Assembly: GCA_965235115.1 (NCBI GenBank) | Contig: OZ249436.1 | Location: 39,868,001 to 39,932,000, forward strand | Direction of reading: 5' to 3' | DNA length: 64,000 bases | DNA from: Laetmonice hystrix | Lineage: Eukaryota | Shown here: positions 1-11,390 of the stretch, in pieces | Layout: every line of letters starts with the position of its first letter | How positions within the stretch are numbered: position 1 is the first letter of the stretch | The notes under the pieces: generated by a model | Seen by the model: only the letters and a program-made list of their open reading frames with translations | What the model was told of the DNA's origin: nothing | Databases searched by the model: none | Translations under genes and position numbers: made by a program

Positions 1-774
1 ATGGTAATATTGTCACGTCACTACTTTGGAATAAGCATGTGTTGATATTGTGACATCACAATGGAAATCAACAGATCGGGTTCTAAATCTACAGTCTAGC
101 AGGCTGCGTTTTTCACAATTTTCACTTTGATCAAGCGGCCGTAAACCGGAGCGATTGGCTGTTAAGTTTCTGACAGGCGATTTCATGTGAATAGTTGGTA
201 GAATCAAATGGAAAAGTCACTAAATGTTTGGAACCTGTTTCTAGAAGTGGCAGATAAAGAAGCGGTTTGTAGATTTCCATGTGTTTGGGAAATTTAAACT
301 TCGACGCAGTGCAATTTAAGCCAATCAGATTACTCCAATTTTGCCGGCTCCGTAATACCAGGAAAACCTCCACGGATATCCATATCCAATCGATGCACCG
401 TATGCAGCTCCTTGGGTATAGAGCTCGCTTTGCGACTACGCCCCCCCTGCCCCCTCCTGGCTCATTCGCCTGGCTTCTATTTTGCTGTGCACCAAGCAGC
501 CACAACTTTAGACAGCCCTGCCTGCCAGGCAAGGTGTCGGAATTAGTGAGTGTTTCAACAGTCAGATTAGGATGTTTGGTCAGGGGGAAAAGGTGATGGA
601 GTCGGAAGTTCAATATGTCGGATATTTCAAGCAAAATGTACTGTAATCAGTTGGTTTCATGCTAATTCGTGTCGGATCTTTAGTTTGTCGTATTGTCCAG
701 TGTCAGATTATCCAAGTTTAGATCAAGACAAAAAACATGTTACCCATACAAAAAACATGTTCCTCATTACTTAC

Positions 775-935
775 CTTCCTCCAACATTGTATATTGAATA
801 TTCCACAGTCAAATCCTTGCCTTCAACAAGCAATTGATTCAGAATGTTCTTAGATGCAAGAAGACGGGCATTCTCCTCCTCTGCACTTGCAATGCAAGCC
901 ACAAACAAAAGTAACACAGCTAAAAATGACCTCAT
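775..935 (-). CDS. SSR2: Translocon-associated protein beta (TRAP-beta), first coding exon; the remaining exons lie left of the window
   Basis: Exon flanked by a cag acceptor (938-936) and a gtaagt donor (774). Translates [53 protein letters not shown]: a signal peptide followed by the ARLLASK..LN...VEG.DLT..Y.IYNVG segment recalled from SSR2. Confidence 0.93.
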
Positions 936-987
936 CTGAAACACAGGAAAAAAAAGTTTTTTATTTACGTGAATTTGATAAAACTTA

Positions 988-1147
988 AGGCCGGTTTATA
1001 GTTCTTCGGCCGACCATCGCTCGACGTCAGGTCAAAGTTCACGTAGACTTAACTCTCAGCGATTGGTCGGCCGATGGCTCTTCGCTGCAACTATAAACGT
1101 TCAGTGATGATTGGCCGATGGTTGGCCGGTGGACTATAAACCGGCCT
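988..1147. mobile_element. PIF/Harbinger-type MITE
   Basis: TIRs AGGCCGGTTTATAGT / ACTATAAACCGGCCT; TTA duplicated at 985-987 and 1148-1150. Confidence 0.85.
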
Positions 1148-2899
1148 TTAGCCTGATGAGAGATGGTGATGTAGGTTACCGCACTGAAATTCATCTTCAC
1201 TTGAGTTCAGCAATATTTTTTAGTGATACAGTGGCTGCCAAGGCAAAGCCCCAATTTACTCAAAACCAACTTTCCTATTTTAGATGATATCTTCCAGCTA
1301 AATAGCAGATTATTTAATTAGCACCTAATTAACAACCAATTTGAGACTAAACTAACACACTAAAGCCTGGCCTAACCTTAACCCTAAACCAAACTTAGTC
1401 ATACTCTTTTACTTATTTTGCCAGTATTCTGGCAAAATCGGCCGAGGCTATCCGCACGACCGTCGTGCGGACTGGCGACTGCGTACTGGACTAGGCTAAC
1501 CCTAGTTCAGTTTCTAAACGGTGTCTTCCAGAAGACCGTTTAGTTGTCGAGTGACGCTGGCCTAGCGACTCTCGGACGCTCTGCGAAGAGGTCCCTTATC
1601 GCAACTTTGCGGCCTTCGTTTTGGTACTAAACTTCATCCACGGAGTATGAAATCGATTTTTTTAGAGAGCCACGGTATTGAAATTTCTATTCCGACCTTG
1701 ATTATAATTATTGGACAAATATAACGTCCACACGGTCCGGTTGTTTACGAGCATGTCGGGTCCGTAGCTCCGCCAGCCATCTGCGGTGCACCGAGTGACC
1801 GGGAACTGATAAAAGTTAGATCGCTATTGGTACCCGAAACGTGTAGCTTCACTCTGTGCCGTCAGCGTCTGCTTGAACAGAGCGCGACCTACTTATGCGG
1901 TCCCTTCTGGATCCGCTGTAAAGGTCGAAAATACGCACACCCGATAAACTGGGTCACCGCTCGTCACCCGTGCTGCGCTGAATTTGACCAAACAAGCTGA
2001 GAATTTCACCTACTAAGATAACATCCAACAAAATACATCTACGTATCTGTTGAAGTAACCTCTTAAAGTACTCTCAGCAAGTTTCAGTGCCAAAAGTGGT
2101 CTGAAACATGACTTTGAGGCGATGATGCGCGATAGGACCGAGATAGAACCCCGGCAGCATAGCAGTCGCTGGCGCATTTGTACTCGACGGTCAGAGTAAG
2201 TAAGGACTAGGACTCTGACTTGTTGGAGTAGGCTAACCCTAACCCTATATAGGCCTAGACACTCCCATCTGGGCGACAGTCGTGCCAATACATTTCAGTA
2301 TCCGCCCGAATATCACGCTGATAGACACTCCCAGCAAAATAACCACTGCGTATTTAGACTAGTATTTAATAGTAGTTTAGTAGCACAGTGACTGAGTTTT
2401 TTTTATAGCCAGGTAGCAGACATGATAACTCCATAAGTGTGAACTGGTTCAAAGTAACATAACTGATGCAGTGATACAGTCATAACATAACGTCATAAGT
2501 ATTAAGATTATCATTAAACTCATTAAGTCATTTTAAATCAAACCAAACTTTGCTCCTTGGATGAGACGCGTGCTGACCCAAAGCCCCCGCTTCTAACTTG
2601 CCCCACTACTGCCGTGAGGTGGCACAACAAGGCTTGCGAGGGCCGCTTACAAGCCGAGCTAAGCCGTGTGAAAGTGTCCACGTTGCACACCCACTGCCGG
2701 GTACGCTCCGTCCGGCCCCACTGACGCGACGCCCCGGGACCGGGTCCCAACTTTCTGCCATACGTGGCCAGTTCCCCTTACAACTTATCTCTATCATTCT
2801 ACGGTCATTAAGTACTCAAAGGAAAATCGTACCTCCGAAAATGTTTTTTAAGTAAATAATGAAATATACAGAGTGAAATTCACAAATTGCATATGATCT

Positions 2900-3066
2900 C
2901 TCTCCACGTACCTTGCTCCGACTGAAACCCAAAACCGGAAAGACTCACCGAGGCTTCTGGGATTAAAACCGACGAGTATTTGAGATCGAGGCTTGGGATT
3001 CCCCTCTTTCCCTATGACGTAATTCCAGGGGTTCCCCCGTCAGGCATAAATCGAAGCGACGTGAGT
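2900..3066. promoter_or_regulatory. Putative bidirectional promoter and non-coding first exons of SSR2 (-) and the ankyrin gene (+)
   Basis: Minus-strand donor G|GTGAGT at 2948 (alternative AAG|GTACG at 2911), plus-strand donor GTGAGT at 3061, and a CRE/ATF-like TGACGTAA at 3015-3022. Both genes have a splice acceptor upstream of their ATG, so both need an upstream exon. Confidence 0.6.
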
Positions 3067-4325
3067 ATTTTGTGTTGGTTGTGTCTGATACTTCAGCTTA
3101 CAATTTCTCATTTGCTTATCAGTAATCAGAGTTCAGAATTCTGACAGTTTTATAGGGGTGTTAACTGTAAGGAAATCTATTTAAATACCACTGGCTACAC
3201 ATTATACTGAAGGCACTGCCAGTGACTGAGTGAGTGTGACACTGTCTCTGACTGAGTGAGTTACACAACAAAGTTTTACTTTTAACTAAGTTGTAACCGA
3301 GTCTAACCAGCCTACAAACTGTTCCGTACACTGGGACTCCACTACTCACTAGACAGGGGTGCACACCACTATTCATTCAGCTCCAACGATTTGCTGATCT
3401 AGCTTATCACAAAGGATCACATTTGATACAGCCTTCATTATTTCATACAACCATGTCCATGACCTCAGAAAGCCATAATGCTAATGGGCTGGAATTTTAT
3501 GTTCAAATGACATTTCACTGGACCAAATTATCAGGCTACCAACCTGAAGTACATTCTATTTGGTAGCCGGATATTACCCAGTCATAAATAAAAAACAAGC
3601 CTGACAACATAAGGGGAATTTTATAAATTTTTACTTCCAAAAGTCTGAATTTCAAGCTTTTTGGAAAGCAGCTTAGGAGAGCTAATCAGTCTCCAAAAGA
3701 TAATGTGACATATTGCTTATTGAATCAGGCCTGAATGCACATTTTAAGGCTTTACTTGTGAATGTCTTTAGTTGTTTTAAACGGGTTGCAGAAACATGAC
3801 AGGAGGAAAGGATGTAGTGACCAGCAAAGTTAGCTGTGAGCTAATAAAGTGCCTCAACCAGCCTGCCTTTTTTTGTCAAAATACAAGGGACGAAGTGTCA
3901 ATATTACAGTTAATCAACAGTTATTTATTCAACAAAAATAAATTTACAAAATAATATCTTCAAACTCTAGTTGGCAGAGTGGTTCCTGCACTATCTGTCT
4001 ACCAGTCTGAACTAGAGTATAGTGCCATCTATGAGAGGTGGCAGAAAAATTCCAAAGTCGAGGAGCGTGATCAACAGCGCTCCTGGAGATCAATTTGGGA
4101 GTGCGAAGGAGGGCGAGTGCAATTGCTCTTCTCAAATGTGGTGCTGTTATCAGCAGCTTACCGGTATACTTTTTTTCAGTCCTCTGTCTGTGCATTCTAC
4201 TGCCCCTCCCCACCCCACCAAATAAGGATCTATATAATTAAATTAGAAACCGGGCATTATACAAGTGACTGATAGGTATGCTCAACCGTTATTTGTGCAG
4301 GTGAGGTGCCAGTAACGTCCTAGTC

Positions 4326-6604
4326 ATGGCAGGATCAGTTGTCCAAGGTGGAGGCTTGACAGAAGAAGATGCCGATCTTGAAGTTGCAGCAGTTCTTTCA
4401 AAAGGTAAAGAAGTTACGCAATCTTTTAATTGAACATATATTTTGAGTTTACTAACCAGAGTGATGGCTGGTTTGCATTGCTAAAAATGTTAGCTTTCTG
4501 GTTTTTTTTGGTAAAATGTATAAGATGAGACTTGGGGGGGGGGGGGGCAGGGAAGTATCTGGTTTGAATATTTTTTGATGATTTCTCCCTTTGTAGGGTT
4601 ATGGAGTGATCCTACTCATGCTGTGTCACCCTCAAAGAGATACAGCAGTGCTACATCTGCCAAACACAATTATTCACCGTTCAGAGTAAGTTTTTACGAG
4701 CCAAGGTTAGCTAGCATTTTTATAAACTTCTTTGAGGATTTCTTTGCAGCATTTATCTTGAGATTAATCTTACTTATAACAGACCTAGTGAATTTGATGT
4801 GTAAAAGTGTCTCTGTATTTCAGTTATCAACAGTTATGACAAATATCTCGAGAGGGAACACAAGAACATGTACACCCTCAGTCCATAGTATGTACAATCA
4901 GTACAATTTCTGAAGTAGATTTAGGAACTTCATTAGACAGTTTACATACAAAGGGAAAATGGTTAACTTGTTTCAGGAGATATTTTTCCACAGGGTTAAA
5001 TGTACCATGGTCGTGGATGTTGTAAAAGTATAGAAATTGTCCAACAGGCAAGAAAAGAAATTCAGCAAATTTTCTTCTTACAACAGACTTAACAATTCAT
5101 CAGATGGCAGCACAGGGCGAGTTAGTTTTGCTTCGATCAGAATTGCAAGGTAAAGGAAAGCTTTCTTCCTTATTACTCTTACAGGTTAGAGTTGCTTCCT
5201 GGTTCTGCTGGCGTGCGTTTCAATATAGCCCAAAGATATCTTTGAAAACCTCGCTGGAGCCAGGTGCGAGGTTTTTATTGAAAATTTTGCTCTCCCCCAT
5301 CCAGACTGCACTAGTCCAAATGATATCTTTGGCAAAGATATCTTTTAAAGATATCTTTTGATATTGAAACGCATACCATGTTGCATCTATCAACACACTT
5401 GCATAATTTTAGTGAGAGGTTACTGGACCATAACCCCTTTTGGGTTTCTATGCCATGTATTGGTATTATCTGATATCCCAGGTTGTAGTACTTGTACAAG
5501 AACTTCAGTGGTGTCACATTGCTGCATTGAGGGGCTGACTCAGTGAGCTTGGATGAGGGTGGAACCTCTGCCACATCAACAGCACTTTGATCTACCTCCT
5601 GCAGTTATCTGTTTAATTACTTTTACATTGTTCTATTCACTCAATTTGATACATCGACGAGTGCTTTTCAAAATAAATCAGTAGCATTTGATAGCCCTCC
5701 GATTTAACGTGTTTTTTTTTCAGATGCATTTGTGAATCAACCAGACGAATATGGCCTTACCCTTCTTGCTTGGGCAACATCAAATGATCAGGAGCAAACA
5801 GTGGAATATCTCCTGGAGAGAGGTGCAGATGTTAATTTGGCCGGAGAAAAGGGCGAGACGCCGATCCTCTTGGCGGCTTCATGCGGACATGACAGAATTT
5901 TAAAAATACTTTTAGCATCTGGAGCTAACATTGACCATACCTGCAGTGTGAGTTGTACTTTTCTGGACCCACATCTGAATAGAACTGTTGAAAACCAACT
6001 GTTAGAAGGACTGTACCTACAGTTCATGAAATATTTTGTTATAAGAATATACTTCTTACAAAACATGATACCGATAAAGGGAATATCATTATTCTTCGTT
6101 CTATATACTATGAAGTTTCTGTTTAATGCTTCATGCAGCAAAATTACCAAGAAATGCATCGATAGCACCTAAAATAACGTTTTTAGCCCATAATAGGAAT
6201 ATCATTCATGTTATTTTTTTCTAATTTCAGCAAGGGCAGGGAGCGTTATTGTATGCAGCTTACAATAATAATGTGGAGTGTGTGAAAGTACTTTTGGAGA
6301 TGGGTGCAGACATGACAGCACGTGATGCTCACAATCACACAGCCTATGAAATTGTCATCATTAAGGGATACAAAGATGGTAAGAGAGCTGTATCGCACTT
6401 CAGAGTACTAATTCTCGTACTGCAAAGTAAAACTCCAGTACAGGACTATACTATAGACTAAAGATGCACACATTATTATCTTTACATTTTGCAATTTCCA
6501 AAAACAATACTTCAGATATGTGACGTTTTATCTTGATTATCCTATTTTTTTCAGTCCAACAAGTAATGGAGCAACATATGCTACAATTACTGGAGGGGAC
6601 ATGA
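4326..6604 (+). CDS. ANKRA2: RFXANK/ANKRA2-family ankyrin repeat protein; exons 4326-4404, 4597-4685, 4824-4887, 5087-5149, 5724-5947, 6231-6378, 6555-6604
   Basis: All introns are GT-AG with compatible phases. Family-typical segments: TN..RGN...TP, LTIHQMAAQGE, VNQPDEYGLTLLAWA, LLYAAYNNNVECVKVLLEMGAD and C-terminal VQQVMEQHMLQLL. Probably co-orthologous to vertebrate RFXANK and ANKRA2. Confidence 0.88.
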
Positions 6605-6654
6605 CACTGGTCACTTTATTACTGCTGGACCAAGGAAACATCTTTTAATGAAAC

Positions 6655-6767
6655 CAGGGGAGTGTTCCTCATCATGTAGTTAGCTTGTCGTATCGTTAAC
6701 TCCAATGTATTTTTAATGGAGATTTTAATGCACGTCAGGATAACGATAGATGAGGAACGCACCCCTG
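6655..6767. mobile_element. Short TIR element (MITE, CWG-flanked Harbinger-like) in the ankyrin-gene 3' UTR
   Basis: CAGGGGAGTGTTCCTCATC ... GATGAGGAACGCACCCCTG inverted ends, plus an inner TATCGTTA/TAACGATA pair. Confidence 0.7.
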
Positions 6768-6816
6768 TGTTGTTATGGAATGTATTTTTACACTGGGGGG
6801 GGGGGGGTGAAACAAC

Positions 6817-6853
6817 AATAAAAGTACATTTCCATTTATAAGATTCGTTTATT
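6817..6853. terminator. Convergent poly(A) signals of the ankyrin gene (+) and LSM6 (-)
   Basis: AATAAA at 6817-6822 on +; TTTATT at 6848-6853 (AATAAA on -). Confidence 0.6.
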
Positions 6854-7264
6854 TGTTTCTACTTCACTGTTTTTGGTGTGTCCACAAAACGGTAACAGCT
6901 AGGATGATAGGGTTGAATCTTTTTACACATAATCACTCAATACACTCGCTCTCATTTTAACAATCACACACATACACTATCAGACCAACAGGACAGCACA
7001 CTTTACACCACAATAATGGCTGGACCATTAACCAGCGCATATTAGTCAATGTCCAGGAAAACTACAGAGATACGTGCCATAGCTTCAGTCTATTTACAGC
7101 CATCTTCTGAAAGCAAGCCTCTGAACTAAAGGCTGAAACTGAAGATGATCTCTTGGTAATTTCCCATCTGGCTGATGCATATAGCCTACTGGAGTGGACA
7201 GCTTCACTTTTATAAGTATTGCGGTACAGGTGGATATCGAGGTATAAAAACTCGATGTCTGTTG

Positions 7265-7871
7265 CTAAACCCTCCTCTTTTGTGTACTGATGTATAACAC
7301 TGAAAAAAAAAAGTTTTGAAATTAGTCAACAGGTATTGGTACTCAGTTACATACGTAAGATCATATTGAGTTGAAATCTCAGACTGCAGTAGCATCGGCT
7401 CGAAGCTTCGAATAACCAGACCTTTAGTTCCATAAATTATGTTGTATTTAATAGACCTCTAGAAACACTTACGTTTTATTAGTGAAAGCAACACATCACA
7501 GTTTTTATCCATTGCGACACGACGGTTTTATTTACACATACCATTGTTTCCTCTGATGAAGGCGTCACCGTATTTGTTCTTAAGTTGCCCATTGACGTAC
7601 TCTTCTGTCTGCTCCAGTGCAATATTCATATAACCATCCAGACATGCCAGGACCCCTCAAAAAGAAAATCCACAAAGATATAAATCTTAAGATATCAGAA
7701 TATTATGCCAATGGTTGGCAAGTGAGATCAATTTTTTCATAATGGACAAAGATGGATGTTTACAGAGTCTATATTAGTACCTCTGTAGTCCACACCCGAG
7801 TTCAGCTTCACAACAACTGGTCTTCCAATGATTTGTTTTAGGAAGTCACTTGGTGTCTGTTTGCGACTCAT
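7265..7871 (-). CDS. LSM6: U6 snRNA-associated Sm-like protein LSm6; exons 7871-7781, 7655-7542, 7299-7265 (79 aa)
   Basis: MSRKQTPSDFLKQIIGRPVVVKLNSGVDYRGVLACLDGYMNIALEQTEEYVNGQLKNKYGDAFIRGNNVLYISTQKRRV; Sm1 and Sm2 motifs; 240 nt in frame. Confidence 0.97.
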
Positions 7872-7934
7872 TTCTGTAATGTTGTTAAATCCTGCAAGAA
7901 TAAAAAGACATGCATAAGATTTTTTTGAAAACAC

Positions 7935-8490
7935 GGTTTATTTTGCCGGCATTCCAACAAAATAAGTAAATGAGTTTTAATAATTACCGACACAAAACTA
8001 TTTGTTTAGGTTAGGGTTAAGGTTGGGCCTAGGCTTTGTGTCATTTGAGTCCCAAACTGATTGTTAATTAGGTGCTAATTAGATAATCCGATGCCAGAAG
8101 ACATCCAAAAGGAGAGTATTGCGATCACATGACCAGGGATGTGCCCAGAAAAGATTGAGTGCCAGGCGGTAGTTTTGCACTAGCACAGAAGGTACAAGGT
8201 TTTCAGTTGGCAAGGGGTGTGGGTGGCAGCCGGTTTTTTTTTTTTAATTTAGCGATCATTTTATTCCTGAAGACACATACAAGGTTAGCGCCTTGGATAA
8301 ATGAACAAGAGACAGTATGAGAAGTTAATATGTACACACGTTTATCAGATGATAGGCCTAATAAAAATTCCTGCTGGGCGGCACTTGAACCTATTTAATT
8401 TTGTGCCAGGCAGCTAAAGTCGGTGCCGGGTGGGCCCTCCTGGTGTCGGCACATCCCTGCATGACCCACCTATATGCCGGCAAAATAACC
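7935..8490. mobile_element. TIR-bounded repeat in LSM6 intron 1 that hosts a nested MITE
   Basis: GGTTTATTTTGCCGGCAT at the left, ATGCCGGCAAAATAACC at the right. Internal segment ~8000-8090 is the reverse complement of ~1306-1395. Confidence 0.6.
8134..8459. mobile_element. hAT-like MITE with a 6-bp target site duplication
   Basis: TIRs CAGGGATGTGCC / GGCACATCCCTG; CATGAC at 8128-8133 and 8460-8465. Confidence 0.8.
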
Positions 8491-8985
8491 TCTGCCTTTT
8501 GAAAAACAATATTTTGGTTCATAATTTAACAAGAAATTAAAAAGATGCATATTTAGCCAGCAAAAAAGGACCGTGCTCATTTGCAGTAACGCTCAATGAA
8601 CTTCCACTTCCGAGTGGCTCTATGGGTGGGGCAAAGACCCACCAATGAGATTTATGGAGAAGGCCAGGGAGCACTACTGCGCATGAGTATGGTCAAATAG
8701 CGCACGCATGGCAGAAGCCATTGCCGGCTAAATATACACTGCAAATTAAAGACACATGAATAAGCTTTATAATTTATATTTGTACAGGGGTCACAATGGG
8801 TATAAAGATTTTTAGCAAAAAGGACTATGTTGAGAGACCTTGTACTAAGCTACTTTGGAGAATTGCTGTGTAACAAGGCAGACTGCTTCCATGAAGCCTT
8901 GTGGAAGCTATTTATGGCAGCTATTTTTTGCTTCCATGGGAAAATCCTTAATTTCGACCCCTGTTGTATGTTTCAATGAGTTATA

Positions 8986-9311
8986 GTCAGAGCGTCTGAT
9001 GGTCAGAGCGTCCTGTGAGTTTGGCGGTTGGTCAGAATGTCCGGTGGGGTTGGTCAGAGCGTCAGGTGGGCTTGGTCAAAGTGTCTGGGCAATCATGTTT
9101 GAATATGCCGCTTGCCCTGGTCAACTCGCACCTTGAACCCTGGTCAGCTTGCACCTCACCGCAGGAAGCCAATGCCGCCACCTCTCCCGCTGGACCCTTT
9201 GGCTACCCTGCCGGACCCTTTGACTTTCTCGGCGGACACTTTCTCAGCGGACGCTTTGACTATCCCGCCCGACACTTTGACCTGGACACGTTAGTAATCA
9301 GACGCTTTGAC
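8986..9311. mobile_element. Foldback-type non-autonomous element with subterminal repeats
   Basis: GTCAGAGCGTCTGAT / ATCAGACGCTTTGAC ends; several GGTCAGAGCGTC-like copies on the left arm and GAC(A/G)CTTTGAC-like copies on the right arm. Confidence 0.65.
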
Positions 9312-9602
9312 CATTTCAATATGTAGACTAGTGTCATAGTCTGGGGTAATGATGCATCCGTGTCCCTAAACCACGTATTGTAAAAATAGAAACAAAAAAA
9401 AATGAGAGGGCTAGACCTAAATGATTGTGAATAAATTTGCTTTGCAGTAGAACTTAGTTAGAGAAGTCATGCGCAGCCCTAGCCTCTCACATAGGCCATG
9501 TGTACGGCCTATCGTCTAGCGAACGGGCTACGAGAACAAACGTTCTAGCGCAGAATGAATGTGCTAGCGCACCTCTTCCATCACTTCAAATAAAAGATTG
9601 CC

Positions 9603-9722
9603 TTTACCTTCAGCTACTGAGCCCAATGAACTTACTTGGTGTTCCTCTAAGCAACAGATTCGGCCCATTTTCCAAACCAAGCGACCACTTTCCATAGTCT
9701 TACAACCGGCGCCATTTTTTTA
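9603..9722 (-). promoter_or_regulatory. Probable LSM6 non-coding first exon / promoter-proximal region
   Basis: Minus-strand donors AAG|GTAAAG (~9606) and CAA|GTAAGT (~9636); YY1-like AAAATGGCGCC at ~9708-9719. The LSM6 ATG exon begins with an acceptor at 7894-7892. Confidence 0.5.
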
Positions 9723-10004
9723 AACCCACATCCGGGGTCAAGCTCACGGAGGGAGCAGTCATTTCAGACGTTGGCTATTAGTTTGGCGCCATAATGGAGG
9801 AATTGCTGTTTGGTCTAGAATAATGAATGCTCCCCTGCTGGTCGCCAGTGTGCATGACATGCACAGTAGAACAAACAGTATGGCAGCTAACGGCAGTGAA
9901 CCAGCGCGATTCGGAATTTCGAAAGTCTGATTTATTAAAACTTTGGGCAAAAATCCTCGGAAAAGTGTGCAGCAGAGGAACAGAAGATGGGCTGCGTTAG
10001 AATT

Positions 10005-10664
10005 GAATACCAGTCAAATCGTCACACGGCCGAACCGTCACACGGTGAAAGTCAAACCGTCACAGTCAGATCGTCACAGGCGGGCGAGTCCCCGGTGGTC
10101 AGACCGTCACATCATCACTGCCATCCTGTGGCCTTGAAGTCTCACCCTCACCCTCGCTATATAATAGAGTGGGCCCGGCTATGCTAGCGCTATACGCCTA
10201 CCTACCATAAGATTAGTTATCCTGGCTACATTGGCCGTTTTAGCCGCGAATATTATGAACTGTCTACCATCGCCCCCCGGTATCACGTCACTTGAGCCCG
10301 CCGCGAAATGAGCCCGTCATATAAGCCCCTCGGACGGCCGCCGAGCCTGCCCGGGGTGAGGGAGGGAGCGGTGGCCGGTCACTCGCCCGCTCGCTTACCC
10401 GCTCAAGCTGCCGCGGGACCGCCGGCCGGCCGGCCGCTCGCTGCCGCCCCCCGGCCCCGCCGACGCAGCAGCCCGGCCGGGTAGGGGGTATGGCAGGCCT
10501 CGGTTGCTGCCCTGCCTGTGTGACGGTTTGACTGGCCCCGGGGGCCGGGTCTTGTCCGGGCTCTGGACCCAGGAAGCAAAGTCAAACCGTCACATCTGCT
10601 CAAAACGAAACGGTCAAACCATCACAGGTGACGGTTTGGCCGTGTGACGGTTTGACTGGTTCCC
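10005..10664. mobile_element. GC-rich TIR element with an 8-9 bp TSD (MULE/Merlin-like MITE)
   Basis: Arms (G)AATACCAGTCAAATCGTCACACGGCCGAACCGTCAC and GTGACGGTTTGGCCGTGTGACGGTTTGACTGGTTCCC; TTAGAATT(G) at 9997 and 10665; repeated AACCGTCACA motifs. Confidence 0.8.
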
Positions 10665-11390
10665 TTAGAATTGACACCTCAACTGGCAGTAGTTACGATG
10701 GATTTTGCACAGCGAGTGATTGACATAGGAGGTAGGGTTTTTCGCTTTAACGCTTGTTAACGCTGTCCGTCCCTACACTGGGACGATACTCCGTCTAGCG
10801 CAGCCCAAGCCAAGGCCAAGGTAGACCGCGCTTTGAGCTATCCGCCCAGCGCTCACACTGTAGTTATGGTGGGGCCGATTTACCCGAGGGCGAGGGGCGC
10901 TCATCACCGAGTGGTCAACGGAAAGGGAGTGTGAATCTGTGATTGTTTGATTTGTTGGGCATTTGATTTGTCGCCGCACACGCCACAAATACTGGGCGAT
11001 AATGGGGGTATTTGGGCCAAAACTCTGAAACATTTCTTGTTTAAAAAGAAAGAAAGAAATGTGACAACACGGAAAGATAGGATGATTAGTTCCTTCAATT
11101 ATGAATAAAAACGTGCTTCAAATTGGTTCATTATATGCAAAAATACCTACTACTGCTGTAAACCTGCGTCAATAACAAACGTTTGCAAATTTCCGCCGGC
11201 TGAATTTCCCGCTCTCGCGTGATTACGTATTGTAACAGGGTATCTTTCTGGAGTAAAGGTAAAAATTGGCATAATCACTTTTATTCTTACTTTATATCAG
11301 TTGTTACGTAGGGAGAGGTGTTTATACGGAAATTACAGCAGATGTAGCAATAAAATCCGCATCATATCACATGATCTATTCTGGAGCAAA

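Noticed and set aside
131..634. 167-aa minus-strand ORF
   Set aside because: Lies in an SSR2 intron, has no similarity to SSR2 or any domain I recognise, and has a non-ATG start.
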